A stretch of 16,959 nucleotides of DNA from Planctomycetota bacterium (GCA_027001995.1 JALTLO010000012.1:1-16959); one strand, 5' to 3'; counted from the first letter of the stretch, positions 7,422 through 16,954 are shown. Made by a program: numbers and translations. Notes: generated from the sequence alone by a model not told the origin.

Positions 7422-8408
7422 TCAAGGTCTGGGATGCTTGGCAATGATCAGAGAGGCTGGCTCAGGAGACTTGAGAGAAATGGGAGTGGCATCGGCCCCA
7501 ATGATTAGGGTTTCTCCCTCTTCAATCTTCGCAGTTTGCCCTTCTTTCTCGATCTGAATTGAGCAAGCGCCTGTAAGCCCCTGCACCACAATGAGAGCTC
7601 CTCCAGCCACAACAAACTTCGAGTGAACAGTCCATTTCTCGATGCTAAAAACGCCCATATCGACCAATAGCTCGCGTTTTCCGCCTTCATCCTCTTGCAG
7701 CGTTACTGGTTGTGAGAGGTCTGGACGCAGGTCAATATTGATCGACCGAAGCCCGTCTTCTAGGTGTAGCTCTCGAGGTTTTTGCTCTTCATCCAGGCGC
7801 TTGAAGTCGTCAAGGCGATAGGTCAAATCGGAAGTTTGTTGAACTTCAAAGAGGTAGATCCCGGCGCCAATAGTGTGAGCACATCCCGCAGGAACAGGAA
7901 TAACATCACCAGATTTGACCGAGATTTCTCTCATGAGCGAGAGGATTCCCCCGTCTTTTAGCGCTTTCTCCACATCTGGAAGGGTCACGCCCTCCATAAA
8001 TCCCAAATGGACCGTGGCTCCTTCCTCGGCGGCCAAAATGTACCAAGCCTCAGATTTGCCGTTAGCTTCCCCAGCCAAAGCTTGCGCTTTCTCATCGTTG
8101 GGATGAACTTGAACCGACAAGGAGAACTTAGAATCGAGTCGTTTAACGAGGAGAGGAAATCGCTCCCCTGGCCGTTTGAGGGTTCCCAGAAGCTGGTCTC
8201 CGTCGCGCTCAAACACTTGACAAAGGGTGAGGCCATCATCTGGGCCTCCGGAGACCAAACTGGGCATTTCGCTGAGCCCGGAAGCGTCAAGGGCCTCACC
8301 AATAGATGGAGAATCGGAGTCTGCCTGGAGACCAAAAGCACCATCTAATGTGGTACCTGCCCAAATCACCCGCTTGGGGTGTGGCTTCATCCGATAGATT
8401 CGATTCAT
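7422..8408 (-). CDS. manA: mannose-6-phosphate isomerase, type I (cupin)
   Basis: FPLLVKRLD...LSVQVHP, KSEAWYIL and HTIGAG...EVQQTSDLTYRL. Its start overlaps the recN stop (ATGA, 8405-8408). Confidence 0.9.
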   Translation of the reverse strand: MNRIYRMKPHPKRVIWAGTTLDGAFGLQADSDSPSIGEALDASGLSEMPSLVSGGPDDGLTLCQVFERDGDQLLGTLKRPGERFPLLVKRLDSKFSLSVQVHPNDEKAQALAGEANGKSEAWYILAAEEGATVHLGFMEGVTLPDVEKALKDGGILSLMREISVKSGDVIPVPAGCAHTIGAGIYLFEVQQTSDLTYRLDDFKRLDEEQKPRELHLEDGLRSINIDLRPDLSQPVTLQEDEGGKRELLVDMGVFSIEKWTVHSKFVVAGGALIVVQGLTGACSIQIEKEGQTAKIEEGETLIIGADATPISLKSPEPASLIIAKHPRP

Positions 8409-10102
8409 TGACTCTGCTCTTCTGCCTTCAAACTGCTCGTTTTCGCTTCCAAAAGGAGGCTCTTCGCTTGGCTCTTGGCGAGTTTTTCGTCACCACCACC
8501 CAGCATAGAAGCAAGCTCGGCCAAACGTCCTTGGCCCGTGATTTCCTCGACGACAGTTGTCGTCTTCTTTCCCACTACGATCTTATCAATCTTCAGGTGT
8601 CGATCGGCAAAAGCTGCGATTTGTGGCAAATGAGTGATGCAAAGCACTTGCCGATGCAGAGATAGGGTTTTCAGTTTTTGCCCGAGAAGCCGACCCAATC
8701 GAGGCCCAACGCCACTTTCAATCTCGTCAAAGATGAGAAGCGGAAGATTATTCCGACCAGCCAGGACACATTTCATGGCCAGCAAGATCCGAGAGAGTTC
8801 ACCGCCTGAAGCCGTTTTCTCCAATGGGCTTGGGGGAGAACCAGGGTTTGCACAAACCAAGAAACCGCTGTCGCCGAACCCGTCTGGGTGCAACAACGTG
8901 GCATCGAAGGCCTCCACCATGGCTCCCGAGACTATGTGGAACCGAGCTTTGGGCATGCGCAAATCCACCAGCTCCGTCTCAATGAGCTGGGCGAGCTTTT
9001 TCCCCGCTTTCTTTCGCTTTTTTGTCAAGGCATTACCCACGCGGACGAGATCAGCCTCCACTGTGGAAATCTCGTCATCCAAATGATCGAGAGTCGCAAT
9101 ATTTTCTTCGATTTGAGAGATTTGACAGCGATGGCTTGCAGACAAGGCGATCATCCCCTCTTCATCCCTTCCATACTTTCGGGACAGCTCATGGAGCAGG
9201 TTCAGACGGTCATCAATCTCTGCAGGATCACTGTCCAAGCACGATCGAATTTGCCCCAGCGCTTGCATATCTCGGGCTAGGTCAGCAGCATCCTCAGCCA
9301 GAGCAAAGGCTCGCTCCGCAAGAAGCCCTAAGTCAGGATCGTCTTCTGCCAATCGTTCAAGTTCATTGCCGGAAATATTGAGATCTTTGACCACGCCACT
9401 CTCATCCTGATCGATACGGGCGAGAGCTGCAGCGAGAGCCTTGGTCGTCGCTTCAGCAGCGCGGAGTAGGCGGCTGTGTTTTTCTAACTCCGCCAATTCT
9501 CCAGGTCTCAATTCTGATTCCCGAAGTTCTTGCTCTTGGTATCGAATGAGGTCTAAGCGATCCCGAAGGTCACGCACCTTTTGCTCACGCTCTTCCATGG
9601 CCCGTCGACAAGCGTGCCATCGTTGATAGAGGTCATGAAATTGGCTGGCGACATCTGTGGTTTCGGCGAAAGAATCGAGAACCTTTGTTTGCTCACGGCG
9701 ATCCAGAAGTTTTTGCGTGTCCCTTTGCCCATGCAGATCGACCATGGAGGAAGCCAACACCTTGAGTTCTTTGCGAGCTGCAAGAGAACCATTGATGTAA
9801 CAGCGCTGAGGCCCCCCGGGTTTTCTCATCACCCGAATCACCAATTGGTCTTCGCCCTCTTCAATGAGGTCACCAAGACGTTCTCGATCTTCAACCCGCA
9901 ACTCGAAACGCCCTTCGACCTTCGTCGATCCTTTGGCATCTTTTTCCGCTGGGAGTTTACCTCCAAGCAAGAGTCCGACGGACGAAAGCAAGAGTGATTT
10001 TCCTACGCCCGTTTCACCACTGATGACGTTGAGACCTGGGCCCAGAACAACACCCAGGCTCTCCATGATCAACAAGTTTTGGACGTGGATTTCAACGAGC
10101 AT
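8405..10102 (-). CDS. recN: DNA repair protein RecN
   Basis: 565 aa SMC-like protein. Walker A GETGVGKS, Q-loop DLHGQ, coiled coil, signature ASGGELSR, Walker B LIFDEI and QVLCITHLPQIAA. Confidence 0.96.
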   Translation of the reverse strand: MLVEIHVQNLLIMESLGVVLGPGLNVISGETGVGKSLLLSSVGLLLGGKLPAEKDAKGSTKVEGRFELRVEDRERLGDLIEEGEDQLVIRVMRKPGGPQRCYINGSLAARKELKVLASSMVDLHGQRDTQKLLDRREQTKVLDSFAETTDVASQFHDLYQRWHACRRAMEEREQKVRDLRDRLDLIRYQEQELRESELRPGELAELEKHSRLLRAAEATTKALAAALARIDQDESGVVKDLNISGNELERLAEDDPDLGLLAERAFALAEDAADLARDMQALGQIRSCLDSDPAEIDDRLNLLHELSRKYGRDEEGMIALSASHRCQISQIEENIATLDHLDDEISTVEADLVRVGNALTKKRKKAGKKLAQLIETELVDLRMPKARFHIVSGAMVEAFDATLLHPDGFGDSGFLVCANPGSPPSPLEKTASGGELSRILLAMKCVLAGRNNLPLLIFDEIESGVGPRLGRLLGQKLKTLSLHRQVLCITHLPQIAAFADRHLKIDKIVVGKKTTTVVEEITGQGRLAELASMLGGGDEKLAKSQAKSLLLEAKTSSLKAEEQSQ

Positions 10103-10108
10103 AGGAGA

Positions 10109-10489
10109 TCAGGTCACACGGGTTCCAGGGGAGATATCACCATCAACACCAATGGGCCAAACACGGTCGTTACCCCGCACAGCCAACATCATGCCATGGC
10201 TTTCAACGCCCCGCAGCTTAGCTGGCTTTAGGTTGCAACAGACAATGAGACGGCGGCCAACGATTTGCCCAGGGGCCCAATCGGAACGGATACCAGCTAC
10301 GATTTGTCGCGGGGATTCTTCTCCCACATCCACTTGCATAACCAAGAGGCGATCCGCATTGGGATGGGCTTCCGCCGACACCACAATACCAGTCTTGAGA
10401 ATCACTTGGGCGAAATGATCAATGTCGATCAACGGGTTCTCAGGTTGCTTTTCAGCTTCGGCCTGAGGCTCTTCTTTATTATCAGTCAT
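10109..10489 (-). CDS. stand-alone tRNA-binding OB-fold protein (MetRS C-terminal domain / Trbp111 / CsaA family)
   Basis: IDIDHFAQVILKTG...HPNADRLL...RQIVAGI...NLKPAKLRGVESHGMMLA...PGTRV. Confidence 0.92.
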   Translation of the reverse strand: MTDNKEEPQAEAEKQPENPLIDIDHFAQVILKTGIVVSAEAHPNADRLLVMQVDVGEESPRQIVAGIRSDWAPGQIVGRRLIVCCNLKPAKLRGVESHGMMLAVRGNDRVWPIGVDGDISPGTRVT

Positions 10490-10613
10490 GGCCCCAGATT
10501 AACGATCTTGGGGGACTCCAAGGATGCTCCTTCATGGCCCACGAGGTTGAGGCAAGAGGCCATGCCCCAAGGGCCCAGGCAAGAATAGCTTCACGTGCCG
10601 TCTTTCGGCATAA

Positions 10614-10895
10614 GCTCCGATTCTTCGAGTTCCCGAAGATGGGCGCCAAGCGCGCTTTCGTGCGAATATTGGTCTTCGCCAACAAGTCGTGGTCATAGAA
10701 CTTTAAGATCAGGAAAGCGAAGTCGCCGCCATGAGTGAAGCCGCTGACGGGCAATTGCAGCTGGAAATGGTCGAGACTTTCGCCAGTCGCGAAAAACAGC
10801 GTTTTCTGCATCGTGACCGTGATATCATCTTTGGCAAAATCTTCAAAAAGAAGCTCAGGACACTTGGCGTCCAGGAGGTTATCAGTGCACTATGA
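10614..10895 (+). pseudogene. decayed integrase-core (rve/DDE) IS transposase remnant
   Basis: One frame reads ...RANIGLRQQVVVIEL*DQESEVAAMSEAADGQLQLEMVETFASREKQRFLHRDRDIIFGKIFKKKLRTLGVQEVISAL*. This resembles the ENLALRQQLxVL N-terminal motif and the RYLIRDRDxIYG..F...LGIxEVxxAPxSPWQN core motif of integrase-core IS proteins. It has an in-frame stop (TAA 10704) and ends before the PWQN motif. Confidence 0.65.
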
Positions 10896-10935
10896 AGGCC
10901 GAAAACGATGACGGCGAGATAGACAAGTGCGTTTC

Positions 10936-12279
10936 TTAAGGTGGCCTTCGAAGAAACGTTGATGAGTCGCCTTCGTCTATCCTGCGTCCTCTTGCCCTCT
11001 TGACGCTTTGGCGACCAACGGCGGTACGAAGCGCTGGCTGCATCAGGCCGCGCTTGTGGATCTTGAGGGATTCGATCTTCGCAGCCTGCGCGGCGATCCG
11101 GGTGTCAAGGGCGGTGAGACAGCCGGCGATGCGTTGCTGCTCATCCTGCTCAGGAAGCGGAATCGGGATAGTGTCCAACATCGTGCGATTTAACTTTGGC
11201 TGGGCCATTCCTGTGATGAAGTCACGCAGAGCAATGGAATTCAGATAGTCCTCCACCATCTTCCGTGTCTCTAGTTTGTCAAAGCGAAGGACATGAGAAT
11301 GGTTATTCACCCACGTCTTACCCGATATCGGGAATGCAATCGGATAAGTTCGAGCAACAAGATTCGCGCCGTCCTCCGAAACGCAAAGCAGATCCTCATC
11401 GAAGAGATAGTCTCTCACATAGTCAACAATCCCGGACGCGCCGTAGTAAGGAACGTCGCCTTCTATCCGATCGCCCTTCGTAATCGGGACTCGCTTGTTG
11501 TCAAGATTCTCAGCGATCACCGATAGCATTTTCTCCTCCCAATCCCCCTTGTCCCCGAACTCCGAAAACCGCAGGCGGGGTTGGGTTTGGCCGGGTTGGG
11601 GGAAGAGTTGCTGCATGAGGCCTTTCTTGTGGGCCTTGAGCGCCTCCAGCATTCGGCCCTGGGCGGCGATCAACCGGTCCAGTGAACTCAGACACTCGGC
11701 GATCTTTTTTTGCTCTTGGTGCGTCGGCGGGATTGGGAGTGCAACAGACGAGATGCGGTTCGCTGAGATGCCGTAGATTTTCGCGCCCTGAGATTCCCTT
11801 TGTATCCCTGCCCGTACTGCCGCGGACTGAAACAGGTGTCCGCCGAAGCCTATGATCGGAATACTTCCGTGCCGTGTCGCGAGAATGGTGTGTGTTCCGG
11901 CCACGACACGTTGCCCAACAAGTGAAACGACCTCGATCGCCTTTCCCACATCATTCAGGTCTTCGGAAGCATCCGCCAAAACGATATCGCCTTCTTCGCA
12001 GTCATCCTCGTCCTTGAACCCGTCGATCGAAACTTTCGGATTGATGAACGGAACATACTCTTGATCAACACGAAATAGCGGCTTGAATTCGGTGTGGATA
12101 TCGCCGTAGTGGATATTCCGGACCGTCCCGGCTTCATAGTTTAGTTTGTCCCGGGAAAGCGTGTTAGTTCTCTTGAAACCATAGAGATCAGAAAGTTGTG
12201 GTGTTTGCCAACCGTCGTCATCCCGAAACTCCGGAAACCGCAGTTTCGGCGTCAGCGTGCGTTTACCTTTTTGTTTCAT
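10936..12279 (-). CDS. hsdS: type I restriction-modification specificity subunit (aberrant C-terminus)
   Basis: Two TRDs, each preceded by P(K/R)LRF(P/S)EF and followed by the conserved helix EQxxIAxCLxxLDxxIAAQ...LKxHK(K/R)GLMQ. Confidence 0.93.
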   Translation of the reverse strand: MKQKGKRTLTPKLRFPEFRDDDGWQTPQLSDLYGFKRTNTLSRDKLNYEAGTVRNIHYGDIHTEFKPLFRVDQEYVPFINPKVSIDGFKDEDDCEEGDIVLADASEDLNDVGKAIEVVSLVGQRVVAGTHTILATRHGSIPIIGFGGHLFQSAAVRAGIQRESQGAKIYGISANRISSVALPIPPTHQEQKKIAECLSSLDRLIAAQGRMLEALKAHKKGLMQQLFPQPGQTQPRLRFSEFGDKGDWEEKMLSVIAENLDNKRVPITKGDRIEGDVPYYGASGIVDYVRDYLFDEDLLCVSEDGANLVARTYPIAFPISGKTWVNNHSHVLRFDKLETRKMVEDYLNSIALRDFITGMAQPKLNRTMLDTIPIPLPEQDEQQRIAGCLTALDTRIAAQAAKIESLKIHKRGLMQPALRTAVGRQSVKRARGRRIDEGDSSTFLRRPP

Positions 12280-13121
12280 GCGTCTTCCAGTGTGTCGGGG
12301 TTCTTCAAGGCCTTCTTCTGGTCAGAAGAAAGCCGGCGCTCCACCTTCTTGACGTCCTCGGCGGGAGGCAGCGCTTCCGGGCGAATGCCCCGGCTCAGCA
12401 GAGTATCCCGCACGGCCTGATTGTTGGTGATGTGCTCGCTGGAAATCTGCGGTTCGCTTTGCATATGGTGCTCACGGGCGTTGTGGATGGTGATCTCAGT
12501 GGCGAAATCCTTGGCCTTGAGAATGATGGTGGGAGCAAAATCAGCCAGTGGGCGGTTGGTGGGCACGCGCCACTGCGCCTTCATGGCCTTGGTGCCCTTG
12601 CCGAATAAAGCCCGATCGCCTTTGCTGCGGATCAGGGCGAAATTCCGGTTGCCGCCGGTTTGCTCGAAGATGATTTGAGAAAGATCCTTTTCCGTTTCGG
12701 TGAGTTTCTTGCGGGCGGAAACCCGCTCGGATTCCAGCAGCCGTTGTTCGATGAGTTCGGCCCGACGAGTCTGAATAGCGAAGTAGGTCTGGGCGAAGGC
12801 GATTTCCGGCTTCCTGGGGTCGCCATTCTGAGCGATGAGGTAGCAGGCGTAGCGGGTGAGCATGACGTCGTCGATTTCCCGTTGCCCTCCCTTGCCCAGC
12901 TCGATCATTTTCCCGACGTCGGCAAAATGATCGGCGATGGCATGACTTGAGACCTCGCAGGCGGTTCTGGCCTTGGCAATGACGCTGAGAAAATTGTCCC
13001 ATTTGGCGTAGCCTAGTAAATGCTGAAGATCCCTGGCCAGCCAGTACTCCACACCGTTTTCGGTTTGCTGGGCGTGGCCTTCGAATGTTGCGGTCATAGC
13101 TTGAATCTGATTGCTTTCCAT
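12276..13121 (-). CDS. dinD: DNA damage-inducible protein D family protein
   Basis: [58 protein letters not shown] and [21 protein letters not shown] are DinD family motifs. Its stop overlaps the hsdS start (ATGA). Confidence 0.92.
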   Translation of the reverse strand: MESNQIQAMTATFEGHAQQTENGVEYWLARDLQHLLGYAKWDNFLSVIAKARTACEVSSHAIADHFADVGKMIELGKGGQREIDDVMLTRYACYLIAQNGDPRKPEIAFAQTYFAIQTRRAELIEQRLLESERVSARKKLTETEKDLSQIIFEQTGGNRNFALIRSKGDRALFGKGTKAMKAQWRVPTNRPLADFAPTIILKAKDFATEITIHNAREHHMQSEPQISSEHITNNQAVRDTLLSRGIRPEALPPAEDVKKVERRLSSDQKKALKNPDTLEDA

Positions 13122-13139
13122 CGAATGCTTCCTCTGGGG

Positions 13140-16100
13140 TTATTGCTCGTAGGCGTTCAGCCCCGAGATGGTGCGGCCGGTGGTTCGTTTCTTCAGCAGC
13201 GGGACAAGGTTCTCCATGAGCGAGAGTTCCTGTTCGCGGCGTTCGCGCCAACCCAGATCGAGGGGTTCCATCAGGTCGGTAAGTAGCTCGCCGTCGAAGA
13301 TCATGCGATCGAGGATAGCGTCCACAAAGCCTTGCAGCGACTCATTCGTCAGGCCGTGGCTGCCCGCGATGGCGGCGAGTTCAGCGGCGTGACGCTCGTC
13401 CTTGAAGCGCTGGTAGCCGCCCCGAACCTCTTGCTCGGTGAGGGGCGTGCCGGTTTCAAGCGTCCGGACGTAGGCGGTGATCTCATCCACTTCGTCCATG
13501 AATTTGGCGTCCGAGCGGATCAGGCGGATAAGCTGCTCGCGGCTCATCTCCTGCTGGGTTGGCGTCTGCCCGCTGAAGCGGGCGATGAGCTTCATGATGT
13601 AGTCGTAGTCGATGAGCGCCGAGTCGAAGAGGACGAACTCGAAATCAAGCTCATCGATCGCTTTGCTGTCATATTCGTCCGGGATCTCGCGGACCTGGTC
13701 GCCCAACCCGGATGCTTGGCCGCCAGCCTTGTCCTGTTTAGCTTTGAGTCCTTTGGCGGTTTCGAGGTAGACGCCGCGAAAGGCGCGGGCATCGTCCTTG
13801 GGAAGGGTTTGTTCGATCTCCTGGCGCTGCTCGTCAGTGAGGTCGGTGTACTGGTCGAGCTGAGTGGAGAGGCGCTGGACCTTTTGGAACTGCCGGACGA
13901 AAGCGACACGAGCGGCGTCGCCCTTGAGATTGAGGACGGCTTCGGGGCGCGGATCAAGGCCCTGGGACTGGAGGAAGTCGTCTAACTTCTGCCGGGCGAC
14001 CTTGAGTTGTTCGATGACAACGGGGGCCTTGTCGACGAGCCAAATTTCCTTTGTCTGTTCGGCTCTTGCGCCGGAGAATAAGGTAATAGCCTCATCGACT
14101 CTGTTTTGCTGGCCGCGGAAATCGAGGATGTGACCGTAGGGTTTGGCGGAGTTGAGGACGCGATTGGTGCGGGAAAAGGCCTGGATGAGGCCGTGATGCT
14201 TCAGGTTCTTGTCGACGTAAAGGGTGTTGAGATACTTGGCGTCGAAGCCGGTCAGGAGCATGTCGACGACGATGGTGATGTCGATTTTTTCCGCGCCCTT
14301 CTTAGGGAGATCGCGGTTGGGGTATTGCTGGTCCTTGATGCATTTTTGGACGTCCTGGTAGTAGGCGTCGAACTCGACGATGGAGTGGTTTGTGCCGAAG
14401 CGGGCGTTGTAGTCGGCGATGATGGCCTTGAGAGCTTCCTTTTTCTTGTCTGGCTGTTGCTGGTTGTCTTCGAGCTCCTGGGGCAGGTCTTCCTGGAGCT
14501 GCTTGACGTCGGGGTTCCCCTCGGCGGGCGGGGAGAAAACGGCGGCAACCTTGAGCGGAACGTAGTCGGGATCGACGGTCTTGCGCTCAGCCTGGGCCTC
14601 CTTGAAAAGTTCGTAGTACTCGATGGCGTCGTTGATCGAGGAGGTGGCAAAGAGCGCGTTGAAGCGGCGCTTGCCGGTGGCAGCGTCATGCTTTTCGAGG
14701 ATGGCATCGATGACAGCGCGCTTAGCGAAGGTTTCGCCGGGCCTGCGTGGGTTGTCACCGTCGGGCTTAAAGTAGTCCACGTGGAAGCGAAGGACGTTCT
14801 TGTCTTCGATGGCGTGGGTGATGGTGTACGCGTGGAGCTCGCTCTGAAAAAGATCCTGGGTGGTGCGAAGGGTTTGGACGTCGTCTTCGATCTTCCGGAG
14901 CGTGGCGTTTTCCGCGAAAATCGGCGTACCGGTGAAGCCAAATAGTTGGGCCTTGGGGAAGAAGGTTTTGATGGTCTGATGGGTCCGGCCGAACTGGGAA
15001 CGGTGGCACTCGTCAAAGATAAAGACCATGCGTTTGTCGCTGAGGGGAGCGAGTTGGTCGCTGTATTTGGTTCTGCCTCGCTTCGCTCGGTTTTTGTTGC
15101 GTCTGCTGTTTTCGTCGAGTGCAAGGCCGAGCTTTTGAATGGTGGTGACGATGACCTTGTCGGCATAGTCGTCCGAGACGAGGCGGCGGACGAGCGCGGC
15201 GGTGTTGGTGTTCTCCTCGACACAGCCTTCCTGGAAGCGGTTAAACTCTTCGCGAGTCTGGCGGTCGAGGTCTTTGCGATCGACGACGAAGAGGCACTTG
15301 TGGATGTCGGGGTTGAGCTTGAGCAGCGTGGCCGCCTTAAAGGAGGTGAGGGTCTTGCCCGAACCGGTGGTGTGCCAGATGTAGCCGTTGCCGCGGTTTT
15401 CCTGGATGCACTGGTCGATGGCCTTGACTGCGTAAACCTGGTAGGGGCGCATCATGAGCATCTTTTGCTCGGAGGCGACGAGAACCATGTAACGGCTGAT
15501 GGTGGTGCCGAGTCGACATTTGGGCAGGAAAGACTCGATGAAATCGTCCAGGTAAGTAATCTTGGTATTGTCTTTGGCGGCGTGCTGATAGATGGGTAGG
15601 AAGTTCTCATCAGCGTCGAAGGCGAAGTGGCGGGCGTTGTTGTTGGCGAAGTAGTAAGTCTCCGTCCGGTTCGAAACGATGAAGAGCTGAACGAAGCAGA
15701 GCAAAGTCTTAGTATAGCCGTTGCCGGGGTCTTTCTTGTAGTCAACAATCTGCTGCATAGCCCGGCGGGGACTGATGCCAAGAGTCTTGAGTTCGATCTG
15801 GACAGCGGGAATGCCATTGATCAACAGCACCACGTCGTAACGTTGGAAACTGTTGTCGGTATTGATGCGAAGTTGATTGACAACCTCGAAGGTGTTCTTG
15901 CACCAGTCCTTGATGTTCACCAGGGTGTAGTTGAGCGGGGTGCCGTCGTCGCGGGTAAAGCTGTTGATCTCGCGGAGCTGGGTCGCGGCGGTAAAGACAT
16001 CAGGAGTGATCATCTCATCGAGGAGGCGCTTGAATTCGCTGTCGGTAAGCTGGACGCGATTGAGAGCCTGGAAGTGTTTGCGGAAGTTGCCCTCGAGGGC

Positions 16101-16199
16101 AGCGCGGTCGCGAATGTCCTCACGATAGATGTATTTGAGGTCGCCGAGCTTCGCGATCAGGGCTTTCTCGAGTTGTTTTTCGGCTATGGTCATAGTCAT
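13140..16199 (-). CDS. hsdR: type I restriction endonuclease subunit R
   Basis: 1019 aa. Nuclease motif DVVLLINGIPAVQIELK; helicase motifs HTTGSGKT, DECHRS, FTGTP, VVDMLLTGFD and QAFSRTNR. Confidence 0.97.
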   Translation of the reverse strand: MTMTIAEKQLEKALIAKLGDLKYIYREDIRDRAALEGNFRKHFQALNRVQLTDSEFKRLLDEMITPDVFTAATQLREINSFTRDDGTPLNYTLVNIKDWCKNTFEVVNQLRINTDNSFQRYDVVLLINGIPAVQIELKTLGISPRRAMQQIVDYKKDPGNGYTKTLLCFVQLFIVSNRTETYYFANNNARHFAFDADENFLPIYQHAAKDNTKITYLDDFIESFLPKCRLGTTISRYMVLVASEQKMLMMRPYQVYAVKAIDQCIQENRGNGYIWHTTGSGKTLTSFKAATLLKLNPDIHKCLFVVDRKDLDRQTREEFNRFQEGCVEENTNTAALVRRLVSDDYADKVIVTTIQKLGLALDENSRRNKNRAKRGRTKYSDQLAPLSDKRMVFIFDECHRSQFGRTHQTIKTFFPKAQLFGFTGTPIFAENATLRKIEDDVQTLRTTQDLFQSELHAYTITHAIEDKNVLRFHVDYFKPDGDNPRRPGETFAKRAVIDAILEKHDAATGKRRFNALFATSSINDAIEYYELFKEAQAERKTVDPDYVPLKVAAVFSPPAEGNPDVKQLQEDLPQELEDNQQQPDKKKEALKAIIADYNARFGTNHSIVEFDAYYQDVQKCIKDQQYPNRDLPKKGAEKIDITIVVDMLLTGFDAKYLNTLYVDKNLKHHGLIQAFSRTNRVLNSAKPYGHILDFRGQQNRVDEAITLFSGARAEQTKEIWLVDKAPVVIEQLKVARQKLDDFLQSQGLDPRPEAVLNLKGDAARVAFVRQFQKVQRLSTQLDQYTDLTDEQRQEIEQTLPKDDARAFRGVYLETAKGLKAKQDKAGGQASGLGDQVREIPDEYDSKAIDELDFEFVLFDSALIDYDYIMKLIARFSGQTPTQQEMSREQLIRLIRSDAKFMDEVDEITAYVRTLETGTPLTEQEVRGGYQRFKDERHAAELAAIAGSHGLTNESLQGFVDAILDRMIFDGELLTDLMEPLDLGWRERREQELSLMENLVPLLKKRTTGRTISGLNAYEQ

Positions 16200-16530
16200 C
16201 CCTGGGCCCTGGTATGTTCTTGGCCTCCATCACTTTCCTGCCCGCGTCCGGCCGTCAGGCAGCGTCGTTCGCCATTCTTGAGGTGCATAGCACCTTGCCG
16301 ATCAACAGCGGCGCGCAGTTGGCGATGGTCTGAGGGCAACGGGTGGTTATGTGCATTTGCCATCAAAACCCAAGAGTACGATTCATGGACCTCTCAATTT
16401 ATGGCCTCCTACCAACCCAGAGTCGGAACCCATTTGAGCCACCATGAAGGTGAAAAGAAATAGGTGCTGAATTCTTTCATGGTGTCGATAAGAGTCCTGT
16501 CTTGAGCCTTCTTTCATAGTCGCTACTGCA

Positions 16531-16559
16531 AGTATCAGGAATTGGACGGACCTTGTCAA
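16531..16559 (-). promoter_or_regulatory. sigma70-like promoter facing hsdR
   Basis: Minus strand TTGACA (16559-16554), 17-nt spacer, GATACT (16536-16531). Confidence 0.5.
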
Positions 16560-16711
16560 TGATGGGGCATTCGGCTCTTCATCACCCATCAAACCGTATT
16601 AAATGCCCAGGTCGATGGCGAACTCACCAGCAAACTTAAGCCGACATCGGCGCTCAGTGGTTGTTGTTCCCCCTTCAAGACTGGAAGTCTGACTGGGGGA
16701 CGTAGGCCGCA

Positions 16712-16954
16712 TCAGGTATCACTATCAACAACCCTAAAATTCTCAACAAAGTCGTACCCCAGAACGGCAAGTTGGAGTCCCATGGCTTCGATGGAGCCGG
16801 TAGCATCATCGACGCGACAAGCTTCACTGAAGTCGATTGTTGCCTGCAAGACAGCTGCATCCTCGGTGGCCACAATTGAAAATGGATTCGCAAGTATAAA
16901 GCTGTATTTCTTGCCCTCTGTCGACGATTCGCTAAAGGCTGCAATCGTAGGCAT
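16712..16954 (-). CDS. hypothetical protein (may be the 3' part of a gene starting outside the window)
   Basis: 80-aa ORF with protein-like composition; the frame stays open to the window edge; no recognisable motif. Confidence 0.35.
   Translation of the reverse strand: MPTIAAFSESSTEGKKYSFILANPFSIVATEDAAVLQATIDFSEACRVDDATGSIEAMGLQLAVLGYDFVENFRVVDSDT

Noticed and set aside
10482..10811. 109-aa minus-strand ORF upstream of the tRNA-binding gene
   Set aside because: No recognisable motif; the opposite strand carries integrase-like motifs that explain the region better.
10490..10935. tRNA or att site and terminal repeats at the island boundary
   Set aside because: No tRNA cloverleaf, direct repeat or IS terminal inverted repeat was found by eye.
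13332..16463. Long plus-strand ORFs (217, 279, 217, 278 aa) and the 323-aa alternative-frame minus ORF over hsdR
   Set aside because: Shadow ORFs expected from high GC3 codon bias; the Ser/Pro/Thr/Arg-rich or antisense-type composition is typical of non-coding frames.
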